DNA from: Basidiobolus meristosporus CBS 931.73
Taxonomy: Eukaryota > Fungi > Basidiobolomycota
DNA length: 64,000 bases
Assembly: GCA_002104905.1 (NCBI GenBank)
Contig: MCFE01000175.1
Span: 1 to 64,000, forward strand
Direction: 5' to 3'
Below are positions 61,801-64,000 of this stretch, in pieces. Position 1 is the stretch's first letter. Each line of letters opens with the position of its first letter. Position numbers and translations under genes: made by a program. The notes beneath the pieces were generated by a model. It made no database searches, had not been told where the DNA came from, and saw only the letters and a list, made by a program, of their open reading frames with translations.

Positions 61801-62459
61801 GTAAGTGATGGTCTAATCTTCTGTTCTACTGTCTTGTATTTTGTTCGAACCATAGCTGTTTGCTCCTGTATACCTAATGAGCAGCTCCAAATGTTGGGGT
61901 GTATATTGTCAGGCTCCTCATCTTCTTCCATAATAAGATGTGTCTTCTGGCAAGCAGTATGTGTCCTCCTATTGTTGGGTGTTACACCACAGAAGGTTGA
62001 CTGTAGTCCTGGGTTGGATCCTTGTATGGTGTACCATACTGACCCATCGGAATAGTTGGTAGTTGTAGCCTTAGTACTGGTTTCCCATGGTCTACCTAGC
62101 AGAAGGTCAAAGTTTGCCTTCTGGCAGATGAAGAGGGGAAGCCAGACCTTGATTCCTTGTACCTCAATAGGGAACTTGTGCACTACACCGTAGAGTGGGC
62201 TAGATCCTGAGTTTGCATCAGTCATGTTCCATCCAATATCTCTATCAACAGGTAGTAGCTCCTTGCTTCTAAGTGTCTTCCAGAAGTCTAGCGGCATAAC
62301 ACAAATCTCTGAGCCACTGTCAATATGGCAGTTAACAGGGTCATCATATATATATCCTTTCACCACAGCAGTTGCAACTGAGTAAAAGGTCTTATACTCA
62401 GTAGTGTAGTCATCTTTTTGGTGGTCTTCATGGCTTGTCTGAATTATATGGGTGTCCAT
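58884..62459 (-). CDS. pol: Gypsy Pol (protease, RT, RNase H, integrase), 1191 aa uninterrupted
   Basis: HIDSGSEIC protease, YDLYSGYDQI, VFVDDIGIKG (RT), TVDASP / ETDAKPL (RNase H), H-H-C-C, GIDL / ADRGE / NGMIERGH (integrase). Confidence 0.95.
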   Translation of the reverse strand: MDTHIIQTSHEDHQKDDYTTEYKTFYSVATAVVKGYIYDDPVNCHIDSGSEICVMPLDFWKTLRSKELLPVDRDIGWNMTDANSGSSPLYGVVHKFPIEVQGIKVWLPLFICQKANFDLLLGRPWETSTKATTTNYSDGSVWYTIQGSNPGLQSTFCGVTPNNRRTHTACQKTHLIMEEDEEPDNIHPNIWSCSLGIQEQTAMVRTKYKTVEQKIRPSLTPLTDGSQPADYIRPPDETPDDIRLTPERLKQLIIGDGNLTPEEILLFKETLKGHDKVFSYNDKEIGLLKTLVEKPIKIHTVPHTPWSFKPYPLPRGLQADVHDLLKKKIEAGILEPCHGPYANRWFVTKKKNGKLRFIQDMQPANAVTIRDAAIPPSIDDFAESFSGHSIYSTYDLYSGYDQIPLDETSRDMFALQTPFGLLRMTRLSQGATNSVAQFQRCMVNVLYQFIPEKRAVFVDDIGIKGPKFRDTTEVMPGVRKFVYDHIAYNDAILGAIEEAGLTISGEKSSFGVSEISIVRQKCNTFGRSPGDSKTQKICNWPTPTNLTQACGFVAACGFFWIWIPRFSEIAEPIYRLQRKNTPFIWGEEQEEAMQLLKAALVSPPVLRPLDYQNTECPPILTVDASPIGAGALLGQDDEDGNRYACRYESCLFSPREQRYSQIKRELLGVVKMLRKLKSQLYMTHFILETDAKPLIGMINKPDLPDDATNQWMAWLKMFDFAVRHIPGKTNVVADALSRKGPQLFEDLDPHFDDIIDAEIRQIAIKDQERTTWSLIKEYLRTLKKPSWMDIQEFRKLRKKAHHYYLKDDLLFKQVKPGLMPRRVITTPQEQLNIMTSIHQGEPGGHRGQEATYYTTAQRYYWENMYYDIQHFVESCVACQKRSSKRYEEPLHPTYTICLWQKVGIDLVHMPTAGSKKYLIVARDDLSGWAEARALPNNKSHTIWRFILEDIICRFGCIQQFVADRGEMTSQMIQELCLKYKIHIAFTTAYHPQANGMIERGHGPLVNSLVKACEKNTTLWPQQLHLALWADRITTKRTTGLSPFKLLYGHDCILPVELSTVTWNSLNWRSNMQTEDLLATRIQQLDHHDLNISRAAEQLKDTRLKNKVPFEKSHSIRPKPLSLGDPVLLYDSTLDKQWSRKFDNKWTGPYLISKVIGNGSYYISELDNTQLRAPVAGNQLKLFKHRNFAHQD

Positions 62460-62474
62460 ATGTTCAACAGCTTG

Positions 62475-63737
62475 TCATCTTGTTCTAAGCTGCTCATCAA
62501 AGGTCTTCCTAACAGATGGGGATACACTCATGATTTCTCCAACCGACAAAGTGAGGTTCTGCTTTAGCAGCTTCTCAGTAATCAGTTGAGGGCTTGAGTA
62601 GCTTGCTATCTTTGAGGTCATCTGAAAGTGAGGCAATGGATCTTGGGTGGGCAGCATACTAGGCCTCTTGTCAATAACAACTTCAGGTTCTTCAAATTGT
62701 GGTCTTCTAAGGATGGGTTTGGCAGGTTCTTCAGGGAGGTGTCTTTTGGTAGCAAAGGCATCAACTTCATATTGTCTGTTGTCAGGGCTGCTTGGATTTA
62801 CTTTATGAGTCCCAATAGGGGCATCAACAGTAATCTTTCTGGTTGCTGAGTCAGATTTCTGGAAAAGGGCTCTCATCCCTCCTCTTTGGAAATTAGTGGG
62901 AATCCTTCTTCCTTCTTTGTCAGCAAGCATTCCATCAGCATCAAACTGTACTGCTCCTTCTCTGAGTAGCTGACTAAGCTCTGAGCATTCTCGTCTGGCA
63001 TGCTGAGTAGAGTCACACCAGATGCAGTGCCTTGGCAAAGGTCTTTGTCCCTCAGTAGCAACCTCAGCTGTGCCATTAATCTTGAGGGCTAGCTTCTGTA
63101 GCTGTTCAGCAAGTTGGTCAATTCTGTCGGTAGTGTAGGTCTGATTGTCAGCAGCAGCACTCCTTGGCTCCTTGGTTGACTGGTCTGGCAGATTAGATGT
63201 CAGGAGTCTCATAAAGGTAGAAGTTTGCTTTGCCTCTAGGAGAACACGTTTCATCTCTGCAAAGCAAGGAATGCCAGACTTGTCATCCTTGGCTGCATGT
63301 AAGTCAACTTTCCTTGCCAAGTCCTGGGGAAGCCCTTGTGCAAGGTAAAGTGTCATGGTAAACTCAGTTATAGCCTGGGACTCTAGGAGTGGCTTGGCCA
63401 TATCTTCATACTGTTGAATGAACTCTTCAAGTGGTAGCTTGGAAAGTCCAGTTTTTCCAAAGTGCCTGAGGTCTTCAATTCCGTAGTATATCTGGGGTCT
63501 ACCATACTTGGTCTGTAGGTAGGTCTTCATTAAGGCCCAGTCAGTGAGAATGTCTCCTTGTCTGAGAAGCTTAGTGGTAATATCATCGGTGCAGTAGTAG
63601 GGGAAGTCTTCAGCCATTTCTTGTTCAGATAGGCTGCACATCTTGCAGAGCTTCTACCATTTGAATATGAAGCTCCCCACATTCTTTCCATCAAACTGTG
63701 GGGCTCCATGTGAGAGTGGTAATGGCATAGAGTTCAT
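62475..63737 (-). CDS. gag: Gypsy Gag (DUF4100-like), ATG at 63737 with one in-frame TAG at 63654-63656; in frame with Pol
   Basis: MNSMPLPLSHGAPQFDGKNV...KW*KLCKMC, CIWCDSTQHARREC, LSVGEIMSVSP. Junction reads LRTR*QAVEHMDT. Confidence 0.85.
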
Positions 63738-63856
63738 TTTTGGGCAGGTATGTTGGTGTTGTAATCTTGGTAATATTGGTAGTCTCTTTTCAATAGGTGG
63801 ATAACAGCTCAAATCTCCAGGTAAATCTTGTTGGGTCCTAGGGAGCTTGTATGAAC

Positions 63857-63874
63857 CCCCCACGTTGGGTGCCA
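63857..63874 (-). other. Primer-binding site, tRNA-Lys-type
   Basis: TGGCACCCAACGTGGGGG, 4 nt from the LTR; 16/18 match to the tRNA-Lys1,2 PBS TGGCGCCCAACGTGGGGC. Confidence 0.75.
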
Positions 63875-63878
63875 AATA

Positions 63879-64000
63879 TGTGGTGGTGTATAAGTCCAAG
63901 GGAGATATACGTCCAACACTTCTCAAGTGTTTTGTGTGTGGGGTGTTCACTGGGTGCGATAACCTCTGGCAAAAGCTTGCTAGGAATACTTGGGTTCTGT
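63879..64000 (-). repeat. 3' end of the 5' LTR of the young gypsy (truncated by the window)
   Basis: Identical to 57774-57895. Confidence 0.95.

Larger units (their letters stand above)
57774..64000 (-). mobile_element. Young, near-intact Ty3/gypsy retrotransposon (no chromodomain); 5' LTR runs off the window
   Basis: 3' LTR 57774-58844, PPT gagaggggggtgga at 58845-58858, PBS at 63857-63874, 5' LTR end at 63879-64000 identical to 57774-57895. Confidence 0.97.

Noticed and set aside
1-64000. tRNA/rRNA genes
   Set aside because: No cloverleaf or rRNA-like sequence seen by eye. The GTTCGATTC at ~19439 is inside coding sequence. tRNAscan-SE was not run.

Overview
Eukaryotic (fungal) DNA with short GT-AG introns of 53-66 nt. 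An early-diverging lineage such as Zoopagomycota/Mucoromycota is likely, but this is inference and cannot be verified here. A CpG-rich gene island (~4.7-44.5 kb) lies between two strongly CpG-depleted transposon blocks (1-4.4 kb and 44.7-64 kb). Genes: signal-peptide-bearing GST, siderophore MFS transporter, AIF/FSP1-like oxidoreductase, bacterial-type GNAT, NIPA Mg transporter, AVT3-like amino-acid transporter, SAM/coiled-coil tail-anchored protein, two fasciclin copies, isonitrile-hydratase-like DJ-1, a small spliced ORF absent from the ORF track, FHIP/FAM160, glutathione peroxidase, a bHLH factor and a dual-specificity phosphatase. Repeats: nested Ty1/copia fragments with 349-bp LTRs, a chromovirus 3' fragment, a young near-intact Ty3/gypsy, and two copies of a ~733-bp foldback element. 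Best leads: (1) a cluster of SreA/Fep1-type ATCWGATAA sites in the divergent promoter between the siderophore transporter and the FSP1-like reductase; (2) a recent 2.1-kb inverted duplication of the fasciclin gene around a 6.6-kb segment, with junction microhomology fitting a staggered-break inversion; (3) a foldback element family with an oriented ATT target duplication and arms homogenised within each copy.
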